NCBI RefSeq assembly: GCF_036321535.1
Contig: NC_087437.1
Span: forward strand, 50,842,001 to 50,906,000
Direction of reading: 5' to 3'
DNA: 64,000 nucleotides
From: Camelus dromedarius
Taxonomy: Eukaryota
Under the pieces are notes generated by a model. The model did not search any database, was not told where the DNA came from, and saw only the letters and a list, made by a program, of their open reading frames with translations. Positions 1 through 13,504 of this stretch are shown one piece after another (positions within the stretch are counted from its first letter, which is position 1; every line of letters begins with the position of its first letter). The translations under genes were made by a program, and so were the position numbers.

Positions 1-775
1 AAGAAAATAAAGAAGAATATTTGAAAATACATCAAGAAATAGAAACATGGAATTTCTCACAAGGTCCTGGATCAAAAAAATTTACAAAAAGATCTTTTGA
101 AAATAATCACTATTTGTGAGCTTATTAACACACGGAGACCATCACTTTGTTTAAACTAAGTCATGTTAACTTACCAATAAAACAGTAAACAAACCAACAT
201 TTTAAACAACTTTATAAATTATTTGTCCTTTCTTTTGTTAACAAACTTCACTCTCTCCACAATATACAAAGATAATGCAACAAGACTATCCACCAAACCT
301 ATCTCCATCTTTTGCAAAGTCCTGGGCCCTGGAAAGAGAATGGTCATCAATCTTCACTGTAGATGTCCCCAGCAAAGGGCAGATGCATGTGGCTGTCGGT
401 GACATTGGGCAATCGAGATAAGTCTGGCAGGCTCTGGATCTGGGACCTGAGTTCTTTGCACACCAGGGAAACTCTGGATGACTTGCACTTGTATTCTTCC
501 AATTTGTGCTCTTTCTCTGCGAGGGCTTCCTTTTGACAACCAAGAAAATCTGCTCACTTTCAAGTAAGTTGCTTCCAATCATCTATTTCAGCCACCAATC
601 TGCCATTGTAATCTGCCAGCAACACACAAGCATCCTCTACCATTTTAGAAAGCCTTTCTCTAGATTCTTTATCTGTTATTTTATCTAATAGGGATACTTG
701 AACTTCAACAGGCAAAGAAGCTATCCTTTGATGAAATGCTGCACACCTGAAGCTGCATTTTCTAGATCTTGTAAT
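1..775 (-). pseudogene. RPRD1A: Processed, 5'-truncated RPRD1A (p15RS) pseudogene: C-terminal CDS 775->347 plus 3' UTR running off the window start
   Basis: Manual minus-strand translation gives LQDLENAASG/AAFHQRIASLPVEVQVSLLDKITDKESRERLSKMVEDACVLLADYNGRLVAEIDDWKQLT*K*ADFLGCQKEALAEKEHKLEEYK...IQSLPDLSRLPNVTDSHMHLPFAGDIYSED*, matching the RPRD1A C-terminus. No introns, in-frame stops at 562-560 and 556-554, one frameshift. Confidence 0.92.
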
Positions 776-3700
776 TTAACATTTAAGCTTTTTCTTGGAG
801 GCCTGGTTTATTGTTTGAAATCTGGAAACTTAGACAGGTTGTTAATCCTACAGGTTTTTCCAAGGGCAGGCAATGTAGGACCCTGGCCTGGAGGCCAGCA
901 CAGTGAACTGGAGGGCTAAAGCTTTAGTACTGCATTCATTGAAAGCAAACCAAACCCCTGGGCTAACAGGCTCAGTCACAACCTGCAGACACACTGGAAA
1001 CAGGAAACCTTGAATCCTTCAGTGGGAGATCCTCTCTGAGACCAGAAGGATAACACTTGTTGGAGGCAATACTCCCCTCTCGTGTGCTTTTCTATCCTGT
1101 GCCCACCAGTGGGAAAGTCTGAAGAGAGTCCACAGTGCTGAGAGTCAGCAACACTCAGGCAGCTGGGTTCTACTCCTGAGTTTTCATTTGGAGCACCAAA
1201 AAGGTGAAAGCAGAGGGGTGGCCCCAGGAACAAGAACGCACACTCTTACCCAAGGCGGCAAACTCACATCAGGATCAGCCTACAACCCTTCCAGAACAGA
1301 CCCCCACAGGCAGAAGCTGGGAAGGAGCAAGAAGAAGAGAAGCAGCACTGATAGTGCCTATGATGGAGCAGGGCAAGTGGGGAGAGGATGCTGCCCCTGC
1401 ATCTAAAGCTATTCTCACTATCCCTGCTTCTCAAGTTTCTCCCCTCCAAAAGATTCTAAGCACTCATAAGGCACTACTTAGACATTCATCTTCTACTGGT
1501 CCTGTGGAGTAAGTATTATTATCTTCATTTTACATATGAGGGAACCGAGACTCAGAGGCAAAGTGATGTGCTAAAAGCTACACAGCTGTTTGCTGGCAAA
1601 GCCTGAATGCAGCCTAACTTCACATCTGGAACGGCAGGAATTGCCATTGATGTTTTCCACATTAGAGAGATGGTCACCTCTAAATCAATATTATTTAGAC
1701 ACTAATTCTAAGGAATCTTGATATCATAAATGATCACTCTACAACATGGATAGTCATTATCACCATGAAAACACTTTGGTTAATATTTGCCTGTCACCCT
1801 TCACCAAAGCTGGCATTTCACATCATAAATACAGCAACATCCATTCAGTCTTTAGAGCACCACATTATCCCTGAATAATGCTGTCATTTCTAATTACATA
1901 ATTACCTTTACTGCTGCACTAGGCACAGTGTCTAGAGAGCCTAACAGAAAAATGGCTCAGACCCAGTTAATTCACTTTTAGGGTAGATGAAGTCACTACT
2001 CCAGCAAGTCTAGTTGCCCCTGAGGGGCGTACTTCCATCTGAGCAGCAGACACTCTACTCTTGTTAAACTCTCCCTTCAGCACCAATAGCTGAAACATAA
2101 TCCAAGGCATTTCAGCCACTATTTCATTGTAGAATAATAGTTGTGGGCTGAAGTTTAGTATTCTTCTGGTTGCCTATTACTAATGCCAGGAGTGTCCTAA
2201 AAGTAGTGACCTGGGTTATAAATCAAAATCCTACAGCTTTATCACCAAAACAACCACCAATCCAATCTCCAGTTATATAAGGACATCTCAAAAGATATTC
2301 CCTTCTGCTCCACCAGTTAATTGGGACTGGTCAAACATGAAACTGTTTTAGAACAATGATAAAGTAAGGTCAAAATAATTACTTCTCATATGAGCTGACA
2401 GGGTGGCAAGTGACCTGGACTGGAAATGTGACACCAGCATGGAGGATTACTGACACTGACCAGCTGGATGACTAAGGGCTTCCACTGAACGGAAGCCCAT
2501 GTGAGCCACATGTGCCCTGTCTATCAGAATCCTAGAGCAATCTGAGATGCATTAATAGAAAGTCCATGATTGCTTAGGCAGCATCTCTGCATATAAACAG
2601 CAGTATAGCGAAAGTTAAAGAGAGGATTCAAGAATTGAAAGGGATGGGGTGGGGGAAATTATACAACCCTTTTTCTGATTCAGAAATTCTGTAATTGAAC
2701 CAATGTGACTCTATAGGCCAGAGTAAAGGGGAGAGGATGGTCCTACTTGTGTCCTGCCTGGGTAAAACACATCTGGACACTGTTCACATATGTGAACTGC
2801 GTATTTTATGAGGGTCCCTGACAAACTAACAAAATCCAAAGAGGAGTCCCCCACAGAGAACCGCATCATGAAGAACACTTAAAGGTCTTAATGTTTACCT
2901 GAAAAATGGGGTTTAGGAGGCAAAAGAGTTAACCACAAATACTTCAAAGCTACTCTTAAAAGTGTAAAAATTGTCTGGCATTACTGAATACTCAAGGCCC
3001 AGCCCAAGGCACAAGAAATCACTCACCTATTCAGCAAACATTTATTCCTCACCTCTTTAGAGGGAGGCCCTGTGTTACATAACTGTCTAGGCCACATGGC
3101 TAATATGAAAAGTCCAGGAGCAGAGACAAGACAAGCACATGAATAACCAACTAACCATAATACAAGGGGGAATAAGAGAGGCATCATGTGAATAGAACAA
3201 AACCTACTTTGGAATTCAGAAGCAGGAGTCTTTATGTCCCACTGGCAGGATCAGAGAAGATACCTAGAGAAGGAGGCACTGAATCGGGCTTGAAAGGTGT
3301 GTACTATTTTTGTGAGGAGAAATACATTAAGGGGTCATTCCAGGTGCAGGGAAAGCAGAAGCAAAGTTTAGAAGTGAGAACAGAGTAGGAAAATATAGTG
3401 GAACAAAGCTGAAGAACTGAATAGCCCAAGCTGACCAACCGTAGGTGTAGAAATATCAAGTACTAGGGGATGAGAGTGGAAGGGTGCCAAACAGTAAAGA
3501 GTTCATACTCCAGGCTACAGACAATGACTGTGTAAGGATATCATCAAAAGTTCTGAAACACACAAGTGCTGTGTGAGTGGCTTTGTTTTTTTAATTCATG
3601 GTATAGGTTAGAGGCTGACACAGGAGAGACAGTAAGCTTGCACAATGGTTAGTCAGGAAAAAATGACATTCTGAAGCAGGTCACAGGCAGGAAGCAATGG

Positions 3701-4019
3701 GAAAGAGGAGAGGTAGCAGAGAAGAGAGACCCATGAGATATTTTAGAAACTGAACCACCAGGCTCCAGACCTCAATTGTCAAATCTAAGGGACTGTGGAA
3801 AGAGCAGAAACCCTGGCTGGAGGAGGAACCAGCTGAGAGACACAGGTAGCACAGTGAATATGGAAGCATGGTGTTGTTGCCCAGATGAGTGGCTAGGACA
3901 GGACCAGGAGGATGTTCTAACCCACATCTTGCTCTAAGCACTTCTCAACCCTTCCCCAACACATGATCACACTTCTCAGAGGCTGTTCACCAAGGAAATG
4001 CCTGAAAAGAACAGTCAAA

Positions 4020-4446
4020 TGCAGAATCAATCCTGTACGTCAAAAAACAAACAAACTCGTAGAAAAAGAGATCAGATTTGTGGTTACCAGAGAAAGAGGC
4101 TTGGGGAAATGGGGAGCTGAATGAAGGCAGTCAAAAGGTAGAAACTTCCAGTTATAAGGTAAATAAGTACTAGGGATATAATGTACAACATGATAAATAT
4201 AATCAATACTGCTGTACCTTATATATGAGAGCTGTTGAGAGTAAATTCTAAGAGTTCTCATCACAAGTAAAAAATTTTTTTTCTTTCTTCAATGTATCTA
4301 TATGAGATGATGGGTGTTCACTACACTTATTGTGGTAATCATTTCATGATGTATGTAAGTCAAATCATTATGCTGTACACCTAAACTTATACAGTAGTTG
4401 ATGTACATCAATTACATCTCATTAAAACTCAAGAAAAAGAAAAAAA
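4020..4446 (+). mobile_element. Old L1 3' end (L1MA9-like)
   Basis: Typical L1 3' UTR text (gtggttaccag...aaggtagaaacttccagttataag...tacacctaaacttatacag) ending in an A-rich tail. Confidence 0.8.
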
Positions 4447-5949
4447 CGCAAAGCCAATCCACTCTAGCAGAAGCTCCATTAGCTACTCAGTGCAACTCTT
4501 CAGGAAGGCAGGGGCTGCTGCAGGGTTAGAACCCCCTTCAATGACATCCCCAAACGGAGCATCTGAAGGGCTGCCTGCCAGTCCTGAGCCTGCCTCTCAC
4601 TACTTCTTGAAAGCTTAAGAGATCAAACTGCTAAGTCTCAGCTCCTTCATTGTAAGATGGGGGTGATAATGTTTACCCCACCTATGTCACAGGTTTGTGA
4701 GATTACACAGGAGGAGACAGATTGCTGCAAAGCACACCAATGCCAGGGTTCATTAGAAGTTCTTTGACAGCAGAAACTACAACAAATTCATTTTTGTATC
4801 CTGCATGGAGCTGATTATGGAACGAAGGAGGGAACAAGGTAGACAAGAAAACACCATAGCCTGGGCCCCATGGGCAGCCTGGTGTCAGCCAAGAAATATT
4901 GCATACCAGATCTTCGAGAAGGTCCTACATCCAGAAGATAGGAGAGAACTTAATAATCATCCAGATACCCTTCTTCGTTTTACAGATGGGAAGCATCGCC
5001 CTAAGAGAGGACCAGTGATCTGCCCAAGATCCTTAGTGGCAGAGGGCCCAAGGGTAAGACTAATAACACACTCACAGGTTAGATGGTATTTTTATCCACA
5101 TAATCTTACAAGCAGCATTTGAGCTGGGTGGGGGAGGATTATTAAAATTCCCATTTTACATTGTAATTGACTGTACTTCAATTTAAAGAGAAAATCCCCA
5201 TTTTTCAGCCTGAGGTTGAATGACTTGCCCAGGGCAGAATCAAATCTAGACGGTCACATGTCCCAGTCTACTGCTCTTTCCCTGTACTACAATTTCATGC
5301 ACATGCTGGTATTTAGCACAATCATCTTAGCATTCAATATATTTCAAACTTCAATTCTGTTTTATTTTATCCTGCCTGGTATTTCACATTCAGCCTTCCC
5401 TGGTAGGATTCTACTGACCTTTTGTCTTTAAGAAAAACCAGTTCAGTGGCCACATTTGGTACCAGAAACATGTTTTAAAACTGAATCATCAAAACTGAGA
5501 CTCTCCATATAAATTATCACAAAGTATATCCCCACACGTGTATCAGTCAAGATGTATATCATTATTGCACTAAACACACTGAACCAGGGTACTCAAAAAG
5601 CAATAATGGCTCACTAACTGAAGCAGTATTTAAGGTATAAATACCAAGAAGGCAGTTTTAACAAACGAGTGGAACACAGATAAAAACTTTCTGACTTTAT
5701 CGATGAAAACCAATTCGCATTCACAGAAGGGTCTCAAACTGCAGCGGGCAACAGAGAAAATTATCCAGATAATTCTAGTCATCTACCTCCAAAGGATCTG
5801 AACCTGAAATGTGTTTTTGTTTTTGTTTTTGTTTGGGGGGCGGGGGGCAGTTCTAGGGAAAGGCTTGGAGAAGCAAATATTAAAGAATTACCTTGTCACT
5901 GTCTCAAAGTCCTTTACTATATAGGGTCTGTCCACCACGACGACCCTTA

Positions 5950-8060
5950 TTTCAGGAGCAAGGCATGCATGTTTTGCTCCCCTTTTTAAATTATTGTAAA
6001 AGAACTAAAATTGTTCAGTCTCCTGGGGCTTGCAGAGGTTTCTCATTGCGGTTCACCAGGGGTGTGGCGACACCCCCAGGCCATATACTTCTACACCACA
6101 GGCGAGGGAGCCGGACTGCGCAGCGGTTCTCCAACGTGACCTGCACTTCAGCATGCTACCTCGTGAACGAGCCTGGGGTCGCTCGGCGGCAGTTTCTGCT
6201 GGAAAGTCCCCGCATTCGTTCCTCCTGTTCCCTCTCCTTTCTCATCTTCGCGTCACCCACGACACAACCCCCCACCCCCGCCCTCAGTGAGCAAGGGTAA
6301 CAGATCCTAACAGCCCCCAAAGCCCTCGGTTTAGGACTCAACGGACGTGGCAATTGCCTGGTGAAGGCACCAGCCCCATGGGGGACCCCAGGACCACGAG
6401 CCCGGCGCCCCAGGGACGGGGGTTACCGACCGCCCCAAGCAGCACCTGAGGCAGCGAGACCGAGACGCTGGGAAGGCGCCCCACTGCCTTTCCAGGGCTC
6501 TGAGGGGTGACGCGGACTGGGGGGAGACTACGCCTCCACCCTCCATTAATAAAACGCAGGATTTAAAACAAATTAAAAAATAATTTTAAGAATTTTGAAA
6601 GGAAAAGCTTCATTTACCGACATAAGTGATCACTGTGGCCAGGCGCCGGGTGAACTCCTGAGGGGCCATTTCTTCTTTTAATCAAAATAGCATTTCACCG
6701 AAAAACCACTCAATATAAGCAAAACATAGCAACACAGAGCTGTTTCTTCTGCTGCTGTGAATGATTTTTTAAAGGCATCTCCTCCCGAGGATGCTCGGCC
6801 CTCACACTCTTCCTCGCTCTCTCGCTCTCTCGGTCTCCTCAGGCTCAGAACGAGAGTCACTCCCAGCCAAGTCAAGCTCTCCAGGGCCGCGCGGCTAGAG
6901 GACGCCAGCCACGCCCCGCAGGGGATTCTTGTAAAGATTAAGTCCAGCAGCTTTCTCAACGTAACGTCTGGCGCTGAGAGGGAAGTGGCGGTTCTGGAGG
7001 TGAGAAGAGCAAGTCGTCCCAATCTCGTCAAAGCTGCGCATCTGGCTTCCCGGCCAGGGAAGGGTTTCTGGATTTCTGGTCAGGTCTCCGGCGCCGACTC
7101 CCTGGAGGGTCGGGGTGAAGGATGCTCGGTCAGCGCGCAGGGGGCGCACGGAACCTGCGGGTGCTGAGGACCGAGCCTGCAGGTGGCTGGCGGCGCTCTG
7201 CGCCGCCCACCGCCTCCCCGCGGCGCGCCCCACGCTTCCCGCCCAGACGCTCACCTTTCCTCGCCCGAGGGCGGTGCCCGAGGCTCCAGAAGAGGCGCGC
7301 ATGCGCGCGAGCGCCGCCAGTTTTCGGGTGGTGAAGCCTACGCTCAGCCCCGAGAAGTGGGGGCGATTCAAGATCTGCCGTCCAACTATGTGGGAGGACA
7401 CAGCGACTTCGGCGCTCCGGCTAGCACCGGGATTCTGAACTCCAGACGCTCGCCTTCCTGGCTCGCCCCTCCTTCTTCCCTCGTTATCTGCGGAGAAGCC
7501 GAGGCGAGACGAGGGCTGGCAGGGAGTGCAGCGGCGGTCCGCCGGGGCTCGGGAATGAGGGCTGGCTGAGGCCTGCTATCTCCTGACTCTGGGCTGGGGG
7601 GCTTTTGTGGAGTGAGAGCGGCGGCGTTGTTTCCCCTTGTTACGGGTTATCTCACGCAGTTATCAGCGTCTACTGAACATACTCGCACTTGAAGCCTGGA
7701 GCGCCGGCTGTGCACGGGCCCGGCTGGGGACGCAACTGCGTACGTGTGCCTCCACCGTGTGGGCCTTTGCTTTTGTTCAGCTCCTCTCTTGCGCCACCGC
7801 TCCGTCGGCCAACTGTCAGGCACGCCAGTGCTCCCTCCTGGAAAAGCCCAGGCACAGCACCTTTGCCGGCCCTCTTCCCCATCAGCCCCAGGAGCATCTG
7901 TCTGGCAGTAGACGCTGTCCCGCGGCTTCTTCGGGTGCCTCCAGATACTACAGGACAGGCAGGCTAACGGCATCAGCACAGCTCCACGGGAAAAGCCTGA
8001 ACAAACGCGAATCTGGTCAGGTTGTTCCTCAACCCAGTCTACAACGGGGAATCCAGTCGT
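5950..8060. promoter_or_regulatory. MCF2L2: CpG island / MCF2L2 promoter; NRF1-type GCGCATGCGC motif at 7297-7306
   Basis: High GC and CpG density surrounding MCF2L2 exon 1; palindromic GCGCATGCGC read directly. Confidence 0.85.
6618..6693 (-). CDS. MCF2L2: MCF2L2 coding exon 1 (Dbl-family RhoGEF); first ATG followed by TGA at codon 4, second in-frame ATG at 6669
   Basis: Reads MLF*LKEEMAPQEFTRRLATVITYV + G|GTAAAT donor, versus remembered human MLSCLKEEMPPQELTRRLATVITHV. Synteny with KLHL6 agrees. Confidence 0.9.
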
Positions 8061-9642
8061 GAGAGTGCCATGACCAACCACATGTTCTGAGCCAATTCAA
8101 GGAAGCTCAGCTTTCCTCTTTGGCATGTAAAAAGCCAAACCCCAAACACCCTGGATTCAATTTCTAGTAATAGCCGCTCATCCCAGGGGGTTGGCAATGT
8201 TTTTAAATGCTTTCTGTTAACAATTGTGGGCTCTGGTTAAGAGATGGTGTTTACCCACCTGCGGTGTGAGATTTGTACAGTGGTTCCTCCTTCCTGTGAT
8301 GTTCGGGCCCTTTGCACTCTGCCTGCACAAGCAGAACAGCTGTTTTCATTGCAACCTCTTGCAGGAAATTCAAAAAGGGGGAAAGACCCAGAAGAATAAG
8401 ACAACTTTGGGTTGTGTTTCCATGGCAGCTTCTGGCTATTCAAGGGTCACAAGTATTTTTGAGGAACCAAAGGAGGTATTTTCTATTGGTAGTAGTCAGT
8501 ACCCTGGTGCCCAGTCAGAGCCAATTGTGAATTGGTCACTAGAAACCAGCATATTGCTAAGAAAACTGGTAATGTAAGACGTTCTGGACTTTGCAGTGAC
8601 CTCAGCTTCTTGGATTAGGCCAGGTCCTTATGGGTGAGAATCATGGGTGGAAAGGAGGGAGATAGGGAGAGGAAGGAGAGGTAGGAGAAGCTTATGAATA
8701 GGAATGAGAGAGAAAAGAAATAGAAAGCAAACAAATCACACTCAGAGTGCTGCTTTCCTTTCCCACATCTGTACCTTTCACAATCTTCAGCGGTTTCCAT
8801 GGAGATGAATTGGCTGACTTTATGGCAAGATGTAGCAGGCAGTGCCTATCCTCAGAAACCAATTCAGTACCCCCATCTCTAACACATGCTCTCCTGGGGC
8901 CTCAACTGCTTTACCTGGGCCATGTTCCATTTTCCTGCTCTAAAATCCTGTAACTAAAAAGAAATGAGCATAGTTTTCAATAGCCCATATCTCCTTGTTC
9001 CTCCAAGAAAACAGTTATTGCTTCCATTGCTCTTATAAATATGGACATGCTTCCTGTCTTCTCTCCTTCTCTGCCCTCCTCCCTTCGAAGTGCCTCCTTT
9101 TATCCTTCCTAATTATGATTTATTTCCTGTCTCTGACAAAGCACATTGCTCTAATGTATGGCAAAATTAAGGAACAAACCAGAATAGCCTGCCTTCCTCT
9201 CTAATGAATGAATAATCATTCATTGAACATCAATTATATGCCCAGGGTGGTGATAGGCAGTGTCAAATACAGCAGCTACCACCATCATATAATAAGCGAC
9301 TGCCCTATGCCATCTGGGATGATGGTAGGCATTTCACAAACTTCATTTAAGTCCCACAATAACCCTTTAAGGGCTTTAGTCTCATTTTACAGAAGCTGCT
9401 GGTATAAGACCCAAACTGTGTTTTACTTATCTTATGAATCTAGACCATCCTCTGCCTTCAGGTAAGAATCTGCCTGAGCCTGGAAAGAGAAACCATCCTC
9501 CAAGCACCACAAAGGTTGATTTCACCTCCCTGTTGGTGAACTATCAGCAATGCCTCTGACAGTGAAGAGAAAGACAAAGAACCCACATTGGGTGCCACAG
9601 GTGAGTGTGAGGCACCACTAGCACCACCCAGTTTAGTCTAGA

Positions 9643-9832
9643 TCAGTGGTTCTCAAACTAGCATTATCATCTGGAAATATAGGTGATTTTCTTTTAGTAC
9701 AAATTCCTGTTGCCCACCTCCAGAGATTCTGATTCAGCAGTGTGGAATGAGACCTGAGAACTTACATTTCTAACAAATCCCCAGGATTACTGATGCTGCA
9801 GGTCCTGGGATCACACTGTGAGCACCACTGGC
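9643..9832. mobile_element. MER5A-like hAT-Charlie MITE
   Basis: cagtggttctcaaact ... gagcaccactg termini and internal cagagattctgattcag motif. Confidence 0.8.
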
Positions 9833-11224
9833 CTAGAGCAAGGCTCTTCAAACTTCTTGGACTACAAACCAGAAGATGATATACATTTTACATCAGGATG
9901 CAGTAAACATGCATAAACATAATTGAAACAAAAGTTGTATGGAACAGTTTTTTCCTTTACTACATATGAAGCCCTGAAATACTTTCTATTCCATTTCATT
10001 TTTTTTAATAGTCCAAATTGGGGAAAATGGCATTTGGAAAGTATGGTATTGTAGTTATGTAAGAAAATGTCCTTATTTTCTTAGACATGTATGTGGAAGT
10101 TTTTAGGGATGAAACATCAATGTCTGTAATTTAAGCTACCTTAGCAAAGAGAATAAATGTAGTCAATCCTGAGAAATATTAATAATTGTTGTGTTGAGGT
10201 GTTATATGGGTTATTTTACAATATCATCTACTTTTGTACATGTTTAATTTTTTTTCATAATAAAAAGTGCTTTGGAATGATTGGACCCACTGAATAGATT
10301 TTATGACCCAATACGTGGTTGCTGCCAGCAGTCTGAAAAACACTGTACTAAAGCAGAACAGAGGAAAAGAGAAAGAGAAGAGGAAGAGAGTGGGGAAAAG
10401 GAGGGGCAGTGCAGAGAAGGTGACAGGAGATAGAGGATAAAGTAGGTAGAGGTGCTCAGTGGGAGGTGGCAGGGGTCACCACAAATGCCTCAAGATAAAG
10501 CCCCTCCACAGGGCCTCCTCCTACCTGCCCCACTCTGCCTTCACTGTATCTTCCCCACCAGACTTGGATTCCCTGGCAGGAGAAATACCTTACACACCTC
10601 TGTAAACTGTACAGCTCCCCAACAAAGCCCAGAATAAGAGAACATCCTTTAGTCAAAGCCTCTCCTTTCACAAAGGTCTTGGACATTCCTCCACCCTGTG
10701 ATGATGCCCCTTTCCCCCAGTGCTGCCTATAGGATAACGCTCTGTAAGTTGGGAGCCTAGCCTGTGTTCTAAAATGCAAAACCAGACTGGGATCCTTGTC
10801 TAAGGTGGGAGGAGGGGGGTGTCACACCAGGTGTCACCTACTGTACAAATGACCAAATAGGTGAACCTAAGAAGTGAAAAAGTCACCTGAGCTCACACCA
10901 TCTCAACAGTTGTTCCGCTGTCATCTTCTGTTTCCTGATCCTAGTCTGCCCCACCCCCCATCCTCCTCCCCTGCCACAGGGGTGCCTGTGAAAATGCAAG
11001 TACAAAAATGTCAGGGAGGGGTAGCACCTGCCTCTACCTCTGTACTTCTACTCTCCTCTCCCATATATGTCCTTTCTCAATTTTAATCTTATTTTCAAAA
11101 TAATGCATTTCCTTTGTAGAACATATTAGCAAAATACAGAAAACTAAAGACAAGGTAGGAGAAAGGGATGGAGAATTGATCAGAATTCTGCCATCTGCAG
11201 GCAAAACCATTTGAGATTTAATAT

Positions 11225-13490
11225 TTTTATTTGATGTATTTTTTCACTAATAGACTTTTTAAGAGCAGCTTTAGACTTGCAGAAAAAAATGAGCAGAATG
11301 TACAGAGTTCCCACTCACCCCCCAAAACAGTTTCTTTTATTAACATCTTGCATTATATGTATGGTACATGTATTATAATTGATGAACCAATATGGATTAT
11401 TGTTCACTAAAGCCTATATTTTACACTAAGTTTCACTCTTTGCATTGTACAGTTCTATGGGTTTTGACTAATGCATGTGTGTATCCACTGTTAATAGTAG
11501 CACACAGAATAGTTTCACTGCCTTAAAAATCCTCTATGCTTCACCTTAAATATTCATTATCCCCTCCCCTTAAACTTAGAACAACCACTAATCTTTTTAT
11601 TGTCTCTATAGTTTTGCCTCTTCCAGAATGTCATATAATTAGAATCATACAGTATGAAGCATTTTCAGACTGGCTGCCTTCACTTAGGAATATACAGTTA
11701 AGTTTCCTCTATGTCTTGTTATGACTTGATAGATCATTTCTTTTTATCACTGAGTACTATTTCTTATATTCCACCATGGATGTACCACAGTTTTGTTTAT
11801 CCATTCACCCAGTGACAGACATCTTGGTTGTTTTCAGTTGGGAGCAATTATGAATAAAGCTGTTATAAACATTCATGCACAGATTCTTATGTGGGCTTAA
11901 ATTTTCAACTCATTTGGTCACATAACTATGAATGCAATTTCTGGATTTTATGCTAAAACTATGTTTACCTTTGTAAGAAACTACAAAACACCTTGCAAAA
12001 TCATTTTACATTCCTACCAGCAATGAATGAGAGTTCTTGTTGCTCCACATGGTAACCAGCATTTGGTGTTGTCAGTGTTTTGGATTCTGGCCATCCTAAT
12101 AGGTATGTAGTAATACTTCACAGTAGCTTAAATTTGCAATTACCCAATGGCATATGATAGTGAGCAACTTGCATGCTTATATTCTTTGGTGAGGTGTCTG
12201 CCCACTTTTTAATTAGGTTGTTTTTTTCTTATTACTGAGTTTTAAGAGTTCTTTGTATATTTTGGACATAAGTCCTTTATCAGATATGTGTTTAGAAGAT
12301 ATCTTCTCCCAGACTGTGGCTTGTCTTTTCATTGTCCTAAAAGTGTTTAGTGGAGCACAAGTTTTTAATTTTAATGAGGAAAATTTATCAGTTTTTTCTT
12401 CCTTGGGTCATGCTTTTGGTGTTGTATCTGAAAGTCATTGCCAAACCCAAGGTCTCCTAGATTTTCTCCTATGTTTTCTTCTAGAACTTGTACAGTTTAA
12501 TATTTTACATTTAGGTCTATGATCAATTTTGAGACAATTTTTATGAAAGTTGTAAGGTTTGTGCCTAGATTCATTATTTTGCATGTGGATGTCTAGTTTT
12601 TCCAGCACCACATGTTGAAAAGACTATCTTTTTTCCATTTAATTGCTTTTGCTCCTTTGTCAATGATCAGCTGACTGTATTTGTGTAGGTCTGTATCTGG
12701 GCACTTTATTCTGTTCAGTTGATCTGCTGTCTGTTCTTTCACCAATACTATGTTGTCTTGATCACATGATATGTTTCCACGGTCAGGGTGTATCCGAATG
12801 TGTATGATATGTGTATGTTTTATTAGATTTTGTTATCAGTGTTATACTCACTTCATAAATAGACTTTGGAAGATGTCCTTTATTCTGTCCTGAGGACAGA
12901 ACAGCAATGGACTCAACTGCTCCTCAAAATTTCACAGTAGAATTCTGTAAAATAACATAGGCCTGGTGCTTTGGTGCATTGAGGTGTGGGAAAATGCAGT
13001 TCTCTGACAATATCTATTTCTCCTATGATAATTGGTCTACTTAAAATTTCTACCTTTTCTGGGATGTTTTGATAATTTTCTTGTAATTTCATCCACATTT
13101 TCAAATTTGTTGCATAGAGTTGAGTAAAGTAATTTCATGCAAGTCTACTAATTTCTTTCTGTATCTGTAGCTATTTCTCCTTTTTTGTATTTTGATTGTG
13201 TTTCCTCTCTGTTTCTTAAATAGGCTAGCCAACTGTCTATTCTAGTATTGCTTTTTTCAAATCTTATATTGATTAGTATTCCCATTTTTATTTTCTAATG
13301 AATTAATTTCTTCTTTTATCCTAATTCCTTCCTTTTGTTTTCCTTAGGATGGCTTTGTTAATTTTTTTCTAATTTAAAAGTTAGAAATTTCTAATTGGGC
13401 TTTCAATTTACTTTTAGTTTGTATTTTCTTTTGAGCACTGATTTTGAATATCTCACAGGCACTAATAAGCAGGGCTTTACCTATTTTTAT
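11225..13490 (-). mobile_element. Old L1 (L1MC/MD-like) 3' UTR and ORF2 fragments
   Basis: Antisense L1 text (cattcctaccagcaatgaatgagagttcttgttgctccacat, ccagcaccacatgttgaaaagactatc). Confidence 0.85.
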
Positions 13491-13504
13491 TTTTAAGATG
13501 TTCT

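Noticed and set aside
286..582. 98-aa ORF in the track
   Set aside because: Out-of-frame reading of the RPRD1A pseudogene.
2782..2797. 16-bp perfect palindrome gttcacatatgtgaac
   Set aside because: Isolated, inside degenerate CR1/L3-like sequence; plausibly chance.
7300..8000. Possible remnant of EIF4A2 exon 1 head-to-head with MCF2L2
   Set aside because: No match found to the EIF4A2 start (MSGGSADYN) or to exons 2-4.
5893..8081. Many overlapping 100-170 aa ORFs around the MCF2L2 promoter
   Set aside because: Expected from stop-codon scarcity in a CpG island; Ala/Arg/Pro/Gly-rich with no recognisable domain.
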